Shown here one piece after another: positions 1-60,730 of a stretch of 64,000 bases of DNA (the stretch's first letter is position 1; every line of letters begins with the position of its first letter). This stretch comes from Chrysomallon squamiferum. Taxonomy: Eukaryota > Animalia > Mollusca. The translations under genes and the position numbers were made by a program. The notes beneath the pieces are model-generated. The model saw only the letters and a list, made by a program, of their open reading frames with translations. It made no database searches and was not told the origin of the DNA. The stretch covers positions 1,302,001-1,366,000 of the forward strand of contig CM022673.1 of assembly GCA_012295275.1 (NCBI GenBank). Direction: 5' to 3'.

Positions 1-408
1 TCACGTACCCGCTGACGCTGAGAAAAATCAACATCAAACTGGCGTATCTGATCATGGCCGCCATCTGGCTTTTTTCTCTCGCTCTGGCTGTTATTCCGGT
101 AGCGGGGATCAAGTACTTCGGCAACTTCTTTTACCGGGACAACGCCGTCTGCGTCCCTTTGCTGCTGCACGAGCCAAGAAGCCGAGGCTGGGAGTACTCG
201 GCGTTCATCTTTGTAGGAATCAACCTGGTTTCTGTCATCTTCATGTCTTACGCCTACGTCGCCATGTTCTTTTCCATAAGGAAGTCGAGCTTCAGGTCGC
301 TGCACCAGACACAGGAACGCTGTCTCATGAAGAGATTCTTCTTCATCGTCCTCACCGACTGCGCGTGCTGGGTGCCCATCATCATCCTGAAGATATCTGC
401 CTTAACAG
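1..408 (+). CDS. Gene A, RXFP/type C LGR-like GPCR, 5'-truncated 7TM exon (ICL2 to TM6)
   Basis: Frame open from nt 3: TYPLTLRKINIKLAYLIMAAIWLFSLALAVIP...NAVCVPLLLHEPRSRGWEYSAFIFVGINL...MKRFFFIVLTDCACWVPIIILKISALT(G). Co-linear with gene B 7TM. Phase-1 donor G|GTGTAG at 408/409. The ATG at 54 is internal. Confidence 0.93.
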
Positions 409-779
409 GTGTAGTTTTTTGTTTATCAGTAAATCACTATCAACAGTTTAATAATGATGCTGTTACGTGTCTGTTTTAGAATAAAACTGTTGCTGGGAGG
501 GTATTTTTCTTTTTTGATAGTAATCTAACAAATGTTATTTACCTTCAAGCAAGAAATAGTGATGTAAATATAAATACAGACTATCAACTCTTCATGTTAA
601 AAATCGCATCGGATATTAAAATTGTTTCATGCATGAAGCCCACATTTCTGTTCAGTAACTCATGTATAAAACCTTTTACTGATACATTACCACAAAAACA
701 AATGACATGATTTATATATTGTGGTTTTTTTCAAAGATACGTCAATGAAGATCAATGTTTTACTCTATTACGTTTGCAG

Positions 780-1000
780 GCACTGAACTTCCATTGTCTG
801 TCTACGGCTGGATCGTCGTGTTTGTCTTACCCGTCAACTCTGCTGTCAACCCTCTCCTGTACACGCTGACTACCAAGATCTTCAAACAGAAGTTCCTCGT
901 GCGGTTCACGAACATCGTGTGGATTGGCCGCGCTTACCAGGACAACAGCACCTCCGTGTCCATCATCAAAAGTAGAACGTCCAAAAAGGAAGATGTCGAG
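780..1000 (+). CDS. Gene A, TM7/helix 8 exon
   Basis: Acceptor tttgcag ends at 779. Reads (G)[37 protein letters not shown]...KKEDVE with the NPxxY motif. Phase-0 donor GAG|GTTAGA. Confidence 0.93.
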
Positions 1001-1140
1001 GTTAGAAAAATAGTTAATTTTATTAGTTTGTTCATAATGGATTTTCATTATTATTATCAAAACATCATGAAATATTACTCATTCATTTGTTCATAATTTC
1101 ATTATTTCATTATTTCATTATTTATTTATTTATTTCACAG

Positions 1141-1293
1141 ATGGAACAATATCCTCTTCAGGATGAGTCTCAAGAGAACACGTGGCCTGGAAAGATGAGA
1201 TTTAAGTACGGTCAAGGACGTACTGTATACCCCAGCTTGAACGTTTCAAAAGATCTGCAGATTGGCTACACATCAGTAGCAATGAAAGGCTGA
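1141..1293 (+). CDS. Gene A, terminal coding exon (C-terminal tail)
   Basis: T-rich acceptor tatttcacag ends at 1140, in phase with the previous exon. MEQYPLQDESQENTWPGK...VAMKG*. Same intron position and phase as the last intron of gene B. Confidence 0.8.
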   Translation: MEQYPLQDESQENTWPGKMRFKYGQGRTVYPSLNVSKDLQIGYTSVAMKG

Positions 1294-2151
1294 ACTTGTT
1301 TTGTTTTTTCCTTAAAGCACCTCGTGGCATTCTAGATGCTGACTTTAATCACACTGGGAAACTGCACAACCGGAAATCGTCTGGCCGTGAAGAGACGAGC
1401 CCGACAGAGGTCAGCAGAACGAGACAGAGGGCGCCACTGAACACAAAACGATTTGAAACGAAAAGGGTTTATAGGAGAACCGGAAACTTTGCGATTATTA
1501 AAAGAATGTCAGTGTTGATGAATAAGCTGATCACGTTTATGTTATGAGACTATTTGAAAGTTCGGATGTTAATTTAAGGCAGTGTTTGTTTGTATATTTT
1601 TTTACTATTTGAATACCAAAGGCATTTTTGAACCATGGTTTGTGGAAAACAACAAAAAAAAAAAAAAAAAAAAAAAACAATAAAAGAAAAAAAAACAAAA
1701 AAAAAACAAGACATAAATGTAAATTAAACATGAATGAAGACTGTTGTTATATTCGTCCTCATTGTCAACTATAAATTATTTTTTTAATTTATTTCTATGT
1801 TTATATGGTCGTTTATGTATTTTTCAATTTATTAGTCTATATGTTTATTTATTTATTTATTTGTTGCGGTTATTATTACAGTTGTTGTTAACGTTGTTGT
1901 TGTTATTATTATTATTATTACTATTATTTTTATTAATAATACAGTTATTATTATTATTAAGCCTATCTATTTAATGAGTGATGTTACTGTGTTAAATGTT
2001 TAGTGATCTCGTTAATGACCGTTTTACACAGTTATTAAACGTACAAGAAACATAAATATGATTGTTATGTAGTAACCGTTACTGTTGTTAATATTTCAGT
2101 CTAATACTGTCTGACGTGTTAAACTAACACACATTTTTCACTGTCAGCAAA

Positions 2152-2157
2152 AATAAA
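2152..2157 (+). terminator. Candidate polyadenylation signal of gene A
   Basis: AATAAA followed about 15-25 nt later by a GT/T-rich tract (ggtatgttgctttttt). Another AATAAA lies at 1679-1684. Confidence 0.35.
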
Positions 2158-3129
2158 CTTTAAGGAACCTGGTATGTTGCTTTTTAATTGAAACTGTATT
2201 GTTATTTTCAGTTTCCACGATTTTTATTTTTTATGCATTTTATTATTATTATTATTATTTTTTTTTTTTTTTGAATTAGAAATTTTAGAAATTTTATTAG
2301 AAATGCTATTAGAAATTTTTTGTTTTTTTTTGTTTTAAGATTTGTTCTCAAACTTGATTTATAGTTATTTTCGATTCTCTTTTCTTTACTTCCGTTGTGT
2401 TGTCTTACGCATGCGCAGTTATATCTTAAGTAACGGAAAGTTTATTTGGGTTTTTTATTTTATTTTTAATCTAATTTCTTTCTTTATTTTTTTTTTTTCT
2501 TTATTTATTTATATTATTGTATGAACAACCATAATACACGTACCGAATTTTTCTTCTTTTTTTTTCTCTTTAAAATGGAAAAGAAAAACTGATAAATACT
2601 TTAATAAGTGTACATTCCTTTTCAGACAGTTTTTTTAACCGATTGGTGTATCAAATAAATTCAACTTTGTGGCCTTGTTTTTTTATTTATTTTTTTATTA
2701 TTTATCTATGTGTGTATATATTGTTTTCTTTTTAAATAAAATTAATGTTATTTGTTCCGAAACTGCTGTTTGTTTTCATTAAAATGATTACCAAAGTAAA
2801 CAGTTCTATAACATATCAAAAAAAAGCAGAAAAAAGGCAATACCTTAAATGTGCCTCTTACATGTGTGAGAGCTTGAAGATTATGTATTATTTGAATGTG
2901 TTCAGATCTCGGTCGTTGTTTATTTTTGTTTTTAGTTTTGTTTTTTGCTCCTCAAAAAATGCGTCTTATAAGACGAGTTTTAACTAAATGTTGTCTCACA
3001 ATTAAGTCAGGTAGAATAAAGGCACCTTACTTCTGAATAACCTTTACAGCTCGAAATATTTGTCTTATATTCGTTTTCTTCCCAGTTTAAAAATATCACT
3101 CTGTGGTGTACGACGTGTGAAAACTACTG

Positions 3130-3171
<42 letters not shown>

Positions 3172-3355
3172 GTTTGTTGGAGCTTCTACAGATACACGTG
3201 TATAATCATGTAAGTTTTTCAATATATTAAATCAGTGTTATTACATGTAAAATATGGATTGTGAATATTTACATCTTTAAATTATCACTTTAATATTTCG
3301 GTTGAAACAGTATTCTTTAATACCCCCGAAATGATAACATGATTTTTACCTTTCC

Positions 3356-3356
<1 letters not shown>

Positions 3357-3436
<80 letters not shown>
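3357..3436. repeat. (CT)n microsatellite between the convergent genes
   Basis: Perfect dinucleotide run; an (AT)n run also lies at about 3132-3168. Confidence 0.95.
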
Positions 3437-3441
<5 letters not shown>

Positions 3442-3684
3442 ACACACATATGCACACACCCATCTCTCAATCTCTCTCTATCTGTCTTTCATATTTTTTC
3501 ACTACTGATATGTGTACATTTATCTGTCTTTCTATATATTTATCTATCTATCTATATGTGGGTATGTATGTTTGTATGTATGTATGTATCTGTCTATCGT
3601 TCTTCCTTTATATTTTCATTCTCTCACTTTATCTCTCTCTCTTTTAATTTTTCATCAACAACATATACGGTGTAATTTTTAAAA

Positions 3685-3690
3685 TTTATT
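3685..3690 (-). terminator. Candidate polyadenylation signal of gene B
   Basis: TTTATT on + (AATAAA on -), about 190 nt downstream of the stop codon. Confidence 0.3.
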
Positions 3691-3877
3691 TATATACCAT
3701 CAGTAAAGAACAACAACAACAACAATAATTTAAACAATAACATAGACTTTGAAGATTTACAACACAGAAAACGTTACACAAGCGGACGGATACAATAAGA
3801 CAGCAAGATGACAGATAATGTTTGGTTTTTTCTGTTCGCTTTGAAGATGTGAAGATATGATTAGACGTGAAGAAGCT

Positions 3878-51944
<48,067 letters not shown>

Positions 51945-54365
51945 TTCTTTTCAGCACGGCACCACTGCTTGGCAGAGCCAGGCGACTCTCAAACAGCAGT
52001 GCCGCCGCAACATTTATTCTCCCACAGAAAAAAACACACACACTTTCTATCCCATCTAATTAGAGACGTCGAGTGAAGGAGAGTTCGAAGGTGTGGTGAG
52101 TCTTCCACTGGCTTTTTACGATCCCGTTATCGCTGTTCTTCCGTGATCTGCGAAAGGAACACATTGGATTTAAATTCGGATCGTATCCCGTTTTGGTTTG
52201 ATGCTGTTTGATTGCAGTGTGTCTGTGTCTGTGTCTGTGTCTGTGTCTGTGTCTGTGTGTGTGTGTTATTGGAAACAACGACTCGTTTCTGTTTTATCGT
52301 GCGTTACACATTGCAGATAGATAAATACAGTACAGGTGTACTTTGCCCATCGATCTCTTTCTTTCTAATCAGACGCTTTTTCTTGTTCGTTCGTTCGTTT
52401 GTTGTTGTTGTTTTTTTTTGGTTCTTTCTGCTGTTGTATACTTCTGAATGCATTAGAACTATTTGTATTACCTGCTGTTCTCTTGTGAAAAATCTCTAAC
52501 GAAAATCTCTAACTAAGACTTGTTTGTATAATGATTTCTGTGAAAGATAAGAACGTTGTTAGTGTTATTGGTTTTCAGAACTGCTAGACTTATTTGTATT
52601 ATGTGTTTGTTATTGTTCTCTTGCGCAAATTTCTAATTGCTAATTGCTTTTCTAATGAGGTGTGTATATAGAGTAACTTTCCTTTTTCTCTTTTTCCTAC
52701 AAACAAGATAAACCACTGTGCAAACAATATTTACCTGTGCAATCTATGCATCAACAAAGGTATATAAAACGTCCAAGCTATATCCTATCTTGTCATTTAA
52801 AATATCCACTTTACACGAGAAACACACGATGAACCTTAAAACAGTGGAATGGCGAATGCAGCTGAGTAGAGATTCCTTGCAAATCGACATTCACTGATCT
52901 GTTAATCTCTTAATATACTTAACAGTGATTCCCTATATATATATATCTTTATGATAGCTTTGCTATTTTTGATGTCTCCACCTTTTTTTTATTATTTGTT
53001 TATTTCTTCTTCTTTTTTTTTGTATGCTAATATCGTTAACTATCCTTTTATTTATTTTATTTTGAAAAGTTCTGTGTTATTTTTTGTTCTTGTTATTGTA
53101 CGTGTTTTTTTTATTGATATTGTATATGTATGTGTGTCTGTGCCTGTGTCTGTATTTTTTGCGGTTGTTCGTTTCTGTCTTGTTTTTGTTTTTGTTTTTT
53201 AATGATAAAGCTTTGTATGTTTTATCATTTTATTATTATTATTATTGTTATTTTAATAAGGAATGGATGGAGGCTGTTATTTCAATTTGCGAGTCTTATT
53301 TTTTTATTTTATTATTTTACCTTTAATCTCTGGCTGCTATTTATCTTGTGCATCTATTATTAAATTTTCTCTCTGTTTGTTTTATCAAATACATCTTGAA
53401 TTAATTACCGTGCTCTCGCAAAAACATATGAACAAAAAATAAGTTTAAAAAGCGAATGAAAATGCTGTGTAGAGCTTGTTACTGAGATAGTTTTGCCAGT
53501 TCTAATATGTGAACATCATATGTCTTCTCAATCCCTCGGTGCAGTAAGAACTTACTCGATGTTTTATCGCTAACAGAAAGCATAAAACAGTTCGTACACG
53601 GTTCATTCTGACATTTCTACACACTGCTACTTTTCAACACAGCAGCAGCAGCCAAATAATTCTTATGTATGAAATTCAGTTAGTTTTAAGACAGGTAACC
53701 CTGAAAGACGTGAGCTCTTTATATATGTGTGTAGATCCACAGACAGACAGACAGACACGAAAATCAGATAGATAGACAGACAGATAGATAGATATACATA
53801 CCTATCTACCTACCTACAGGCATACATTTATATATACTGTCATACATACACACAGACATACATACGTACATACATACATGCGTACATATTCACATACATA
53901 AATACATACATGCATACATACACATACATATATGTATATTATCATGAATTTCATACATACACAAATATATAGATTATACACATATAAATATTAAATACTT
54001 AAATGATTTCGTAATACGAAAATCAGTAACAAAACTATTTTCTTACACGAAATTCAGCTGTGACGGTTTCAAGACACGTGACTCAGTAAATACGAATCTT
54101 CTGTTATCGACGTGTGATTTCTTTTTCTGTGTTTATTAAAATATTTAATAATTGCATCAGATTCGAGTTAACGGACCATAACAAAGCTACGAATTTCACT
54201 CCGTTAAAGACTGCTTAATTTTCAGTATTAAGTTAATTACATTCAGCATTAGATAAATTATTTCTGTGAAATTCTGCAACAGTATCAAGTTCAGCACCGA
54301 AACTATTTCATTATATGAAATACAAGACATACACGTCTCTTAAAACACTAAAAATAAACTCTTGA

Positions 54366-54825
54366 ATTATTTCGTTATACGAAACTAAAAAGATATATGA
54401 TTTCGTTATACGGTCCTAAAATGCTAAATTATTTCGTTATGAAACTAAAAAGATATATGATTTCGTTATATGGAACTAAAAAGCTAAATTATTTCCCATA
54501 TACGAATCTAGGAAGCTAAATTATTTCGTTATACGAATCTAAAAAGATATATGATTTCGATATACGGACATAAAATGCTAAATTATTTCGTTATACGGAA
54601 CTAAAAAGTTAAATTATTTCGTTATACGGAACTAAAAAGCTAAATTATTTCGTTATACGAATCTACGGAACTAAAAAGCTAAATTACTTCGTTATACGAA
54701 ACTAAAAAGCTAAATTACTTCGATATGCGAAACTAAAAAGCTAAATTGTTTCGTTATACAAATCTAGGAATCTAAATTATTTCGTTATATGAAACTAAGA
54801 AGCTAAATTGTTTCATTATGTGAAA
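54366..54825. repeat. ~28-29-bp minisatellite (roughly 15 copies) upstream of gene B
   Basis: Unit aaagctaaattatttcgttatac(g)gaactaa. Confidence 0.9.
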
Positions 54826-55452
54826 TTCGACACGTCAGTGATATCGACGTATGACAGTCAGCAACAAAATTATTTCATAATTTAAAATTTCAGGAGATAA
54901 CTGATTTCATTCTGTGAAAATCTACAGCAATACGATCTCGAAATGTGAAATTCATCTGTGAAATTATTATTCTTCATGAAATCTGCGTTTTACTTCTAAC
55001 GTATCTTAAATATATTTAATTTCATTTCATTCAAGTTAATTAAAAATCAGGATATGTTTTATGATTCACAGAGCTAGCAAAGATACATTTTTTCCCCAAA
55101 CTATTTATTATTATTAAAGAAGCGGTTAAAGCCATAAATTCATTAAACTTTTCAGTTTTGACTAAAGACTTTTGAAATATTTTCCTAATTAAAGTTAATT
55201 GAGAAAATTTGTTTTAGCATTTTCATTCACGAATACAATAAGCCTTCCAAAATATGGGTTCCATTGGGGCGGAATGCGACCATATATATATATATATATA
55301 TTTTATTGTTGTTGTTGTTGTTGTTGTTGTTGAAATTGGTTTTATCTTCAAATTTCACCAGAAAGATGATTGTGGTCGCGATTTTCTGAATTCTACATAT
55401 TCTCCTGGTTTTGACAATTCTTACTATATTCTTTAATGTGCAGTTCTGTACA

Positions 55453-55495
<43 letters not shown>

Positions 55496-57041
55496 TGTTG
55501 TATACGTACTATGAGGCACCGCATGTGTCCTGTATAAAAGATACAACAGTAAAGTTGCAGCGTTTAATGCTGACGTTTTCTGTAATCTGTAATTAAGTTA
55601 CATTTCAATTATTTATCGAATGACTGACTGTATTTACCTCCCAGTTGAATAGGTGTCTTAATCCACTTTCTACTTCAATTACTGTATGAAGTTTTCACTG
55701 GGATAAGGTGGAATTTCAGAAGAAAAAATAAATGATTAAAAAAGACTTGCCACATATTCGTTTACAATTATAAACGACAAAAGCTGATTTCCTCATTAAT
55801 ATGTTAGGATTTTTACAACATTATATATGCCACCATAAAACCGTAATATAAAAGTATATTAAGTATCGTTAAATAAAATATTTCCTACTCGTGAATGCAC
55901 GATCGATTTTGTTTTGAGGATTAAATAATAATAAAAAAAATAAAAAAAATAAAAATATTCATGCTTTACATATCTCATTTATTGACCTATAGTCGTCTGC
56001 TAAAAACAATACACATAGTTTTAAATCCGGCGAGAATGTCGATTCTGCTTGTAGGCGAGATTTCAGGCGAGTGCATTGAAACTGACTTAGCTATTAATAA
56101 TTAGTAATTCTGCTAGAAGCCGATTAAATATTTAATACTGCAGATAAAGGAAACAGATTAAAGTGGTTACAATCTAAAACGTCGGGGATCGCAGACAAAG
56201 AAACGGAATGAAACTAAGATTCACAGAACGAACGTGATGTGCTGAACAATGAATAGTGGCGTAATTGTGATGATGATAATAGTGATGATATTGAAAGCGA
56301 TAAAAAAAAAATGAAGAACAACATGATGTTAGTGGTGATGATGATTATGATAATGATGTCGAATGCGACGTCAAAAAGAATAAGACGGCGACGACCATGA
56401 TGATAATGACAGTACAAACAAGACGATGATTGATATGTGATGACGAGAGAAATTATTATTTGTTATCATCATCGGTAAGGAAAAACAATTTTAAAAAGTA
56501 AAAATAGGTAAGAAAAAATAGTAGAATGAAACAAACAGATAGAAACAGAACGAGAGATAAAAAGTCTGTAAGCGAGAAAAAGAAAAAGAAAGATTCAGAT
56601 AAAATGATATATAAAGATTTTAAGATAGAAACAGATGAAGACAAACAGAAAAAGAGAGGGAAATAAGAAATATATAATAGAGGTTGGTGTCGAATGTAAG
56701 AAACAGAGAAACTGAGAGAAAACTAAAGGCACACAATAAGAGAGTAAATAAAAGCAACAGAGGGAGAAATGAGAGTCAGACACAGAATGAGACTGAAAAA
56801 AACGGAAATTAAATAAGACAGAATCAGAGATCGAGTCATAGCGATGGAGAGAGAAAGATCAGACTAGAAAGAGATGAGAATAAAGAGAGGTAGAAAAAGG
56901 TAAAGAAGGAGTTGGTGAGAGAGACAAGACGACAGAGATCAGTGGAAAGAAATGAGAAAAAAATGAGGGGAGAGTTAGGTGAGGAACGAGTGATGGAGAG
57001 AGAGAGAGAGAGAGACAGACAGAGAGAGAGAGAGAAGGGAT

Positions 57042-57129
<88 letters not shown>

Positions 57130-60100
57130 GGATAGAGATATGATGGGAGAAAAAGAAAAAGCAAGAAGACAAAGAGTCAGAGCGAGAGAATTTCATGAAC
57201 AATTCTAAATGATAAAAATTAATGAGTGAAGAAAAAATAAATCTAAGAAGCGAAGCTCAGCATAATTAAAACATTTTTTTTTTTTTTTTTTTACGAATAA
57301 AACCACATATCGAATAAAACCACAAATCGATTTTTTGAATATAACATGCATAGTACAGTTATCAACATTTTTCATTAACAACTGGATTTTAACAAACGTT
57401 TGATTATTTATGTTGAATATAACATTCATAGTACAGCTATCAACATTGTCTCTCTTCCTATATGTCTGTCTGTCTGTCTCTTTATCTATCTATCTGTCTG
57501 TTTATCTATCTATCTATGTATCTATGTTTGTATGTGTATTTGTGTGTCTCTCTGTTTCTCTATTTGTCTGTCTGTCTGACTATATGTATGGCTATGTATA
57601 TATAAAGAACAGAATGTATGAAAATCTTATTTATAATAGCTATAAATAAACACTGAAATTTAACATACAAAAAATCGTATTTTTATATATTCATGCTAAA
57701 CATGCATTTTTGCTTGAAAATAAAGATTTTTGTCTCCCATTTCACAACAGATACCCACCCCGATCGATGACTTCTTACACATAATTTAAACAAGCAGTTC
57801 TTATTCAGACGATCTTTAGCTTAAAATAATGTGATATTTTAACAAACTGTCCTTCTAGTAAATATCAATATTTTCGAGAATTTTCATCTAACATGAAAAA
57901 CTGTTAATAATTATTAAAACCACGAAGAACTGAACTGGAAGAGTACTGGAAAGAAATCGTCTGACACAAAATTGCGGAAACAGGACAACGTGGAAACACC
58001 ATGCTGAAAGTTTCACTGCTGCTGCACAGTGATGATAATAACCGATAACAGTTTAACCCGTTCCAACCACTGCGCCACGAATGGTATAGCATTTAACACG
58101 GTAGATTAACAATTGTTTGTAGAGGTGTCTTTTAAAAATAAATCCTTACTCCTAACTGACAAGAGTACCCTTGAATTTATGGATAAATAAAGAATACGTA
58201 ATAATCGTTAAATTTAAAATAATATTTTAAAAATCGTTAAACACTTAGTTCGGTATAGTTTATTACATAAATAAATAAATTTAGAAGGTTAATAAATAAA
58301 TTTAGAAATCTACTAAAGATAGGAAATAAAAAAAAATATATATATATAAAAAAATCTCTACTAACTGACATCAGTTAACAAAACAAATTTTAGAGAAAAA
58401 AACATTCAGATTAGAAATGCATAACGTTAATCCATCCAGTACTAGTTTTTGCCTGCGGTAATTTAACGTATAATTCATACGACAAATTCCTGAGGGTACA
58501 CTAAAACAAAGCTCGCTCTAACTCTCAATTAGAAAGTTGTAGAATTTTCTATCATAATGCAGTAGAGTACGTCTGCTATTATCGTGATGGAAATTGTGAC
58601 CGTCTATACTCGGTTGAATTTATTAACGTATAACAACCTCACTCAGTGTCACTGTGACCTGGGTTGCACAGCACCAACTGAATTAGTGTCGATATTAATG
58701 TGTAGTTTTGGTAAAGTACATATATGTTTTTGATTTTGATTTATTTCTTTGCTTCTTTGTTTATTTGCTGGTTTGTGTGTTTGCTTGTTTTTCTGGGTTT
58801 TTTTGTTTTTTTTTATTTGTTTTTTTTTTGTTGTTATTGATTGATTTATTTATTTAAGTTTATCGACGATAAATTTAATACAAAATTATACATAAATATA
58901 CACATACAGACAGGCAGATATACATATACATAGAGGCATACATATATTCATATATACACATACATACTATACTATACATACATGCATACACACACACACA
59001 CATACGTACACATACACAATCATATAATTATAAGTAAATACACATACAAATTTATAATACGAAATAAGAGACAGAAACCAAAAATAAAGGAAGAATCGAA
59101 GGAAGAAAGCGTCATCATCATTATCATAAACATCATCATCAACAGTTACACTGCTAAAGCTCTCTTAACGTTGCCTCTACAGTTGCAACTCCTACAACTA
59201 CTACATTTACTTCTTCTGCTACTTCTACTGCTATTACTACTACCACCACTACTACTACTACTACTGCTTGCAGCATCATCAGCGTTACCAACAGCCCTGA
59301 AAGTGTTACTAATTGACTAATAATAATACTATTACACTTATCACAACTTCTACTACCATTAATCCAGTTAGTACTACTACTACTTATTATTATTATTCAA
59401 CTACTGCTACTTCTTATAATAATAAGAACAGCAACAACAACAACAACAAAAGTAAATTTATCAGTCTTCTACTTCTCTTCAAAATATTATAACTTCAGTA
59501 TATTAAAACAAGCAAGACTAAGCTGTTATAATTACTATAGCAGTCTCTCATTTGCTTCAATTTCTTATTTCGTTGCATTCTTCTAGTACTGAATTGTATC
59601 TTTTCTAGACATAATCGATTTTCTCGAACTATAACCTTCGTCTCTGTGTGCATCTGAATTTGAACTGATGTCAATGTTCTTGATAAGCACTGAAAAGTCA
59701 GAGTCACAGTTTTAATCAAAAACTGCCGCAGAAGCAGAAAATTCAAGATATTTTAGAAAAAATTCTCCTCTTTGTTAAGTGCCTCATATAGTCATTAAGC
59801 GAATTCAGAATCAATGATTTGAGCATGACTATAAAGGAAGAAAATGTCAGGTTCAATTCTCCTCGGTGCCCCGTGCTGAGTTTTACTCGTTACAACCAGT
59901 GCTCCACAACTAGTTTATAAAAAGCAATGATTTAGATAACCACAGAGTTTTTCTTCCTCGTACTACTGTCTGAATAAAATATTCTAAGGTTTGTTAAACA
60001 ATTGTTGTTTAATTCAATACAATTCAGACATTCGTCTCTACGATGTTCATAATCAGAGCATCATGTTTTTCCTGATACTGGAAAATATGAAAATAATGGG

Positions 60101-60645
60101 AGAGAACTGCATTTACGCCAGATTATGAAAACGTAAAAAGATTGATGATCTCCCTTGAATAAATGATCGTGTATAAATAAGTTTATTTTTTATATCTATA
60201 TGCGTGTCTCTCAGTGTGTGTGTGTGTGTATATGTGTGTGTGGGGGGGTGGGGGGGGTGAGTGTGTGTGTGTGTGTGAAACGCAAAAATAAATGAAAAAA
60301 AAAGGTTTTAAAAATGTTAAGGTTTCGAAAAGGTTTTAAAGATGTTTAGGTTTCTGAAATAGGGACTGTGTATGTATGCGTGTATGTGTTTGTCTCTGCC
60401 TCTATGTGTGCGTATCTGTGTGTGAATGTGTGTGTGATATAAGTGCGTTTGTGTGCTTATGTACGTAGTAACATTCATAGTTTTGTGCTTTTGTTATTCA
60501 CGTGTATTAAAATCTATAAGATTGTACTCGTGAAAACGTGATATATCTATCTATCGAAGTTTCGTATCTGTTACGTCTATAGTAAACAAAACAAATAGTA
60601 GGTCGATTTTGTTCTATATTTCATATAAAATACTCCGACGTAACA

Positions 60646-60730
60646 ATTTGCATATTTTCCTAACCGACTGGGCACCATGCAAATTAGTCTGCGAGCTTTA
60701 TGCAAATCGTGAATCTAGCTTTATGCAAAT
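60646..60730. promoter_or_regulatory. Cluster of four perfect POU octamer motifs (ATGCAAAT)
   Basis: ATTTGCAT at 60646; ATGCAAAT at 60677, 60700 and 60723 (23-bp period). Confidence 0.35.
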
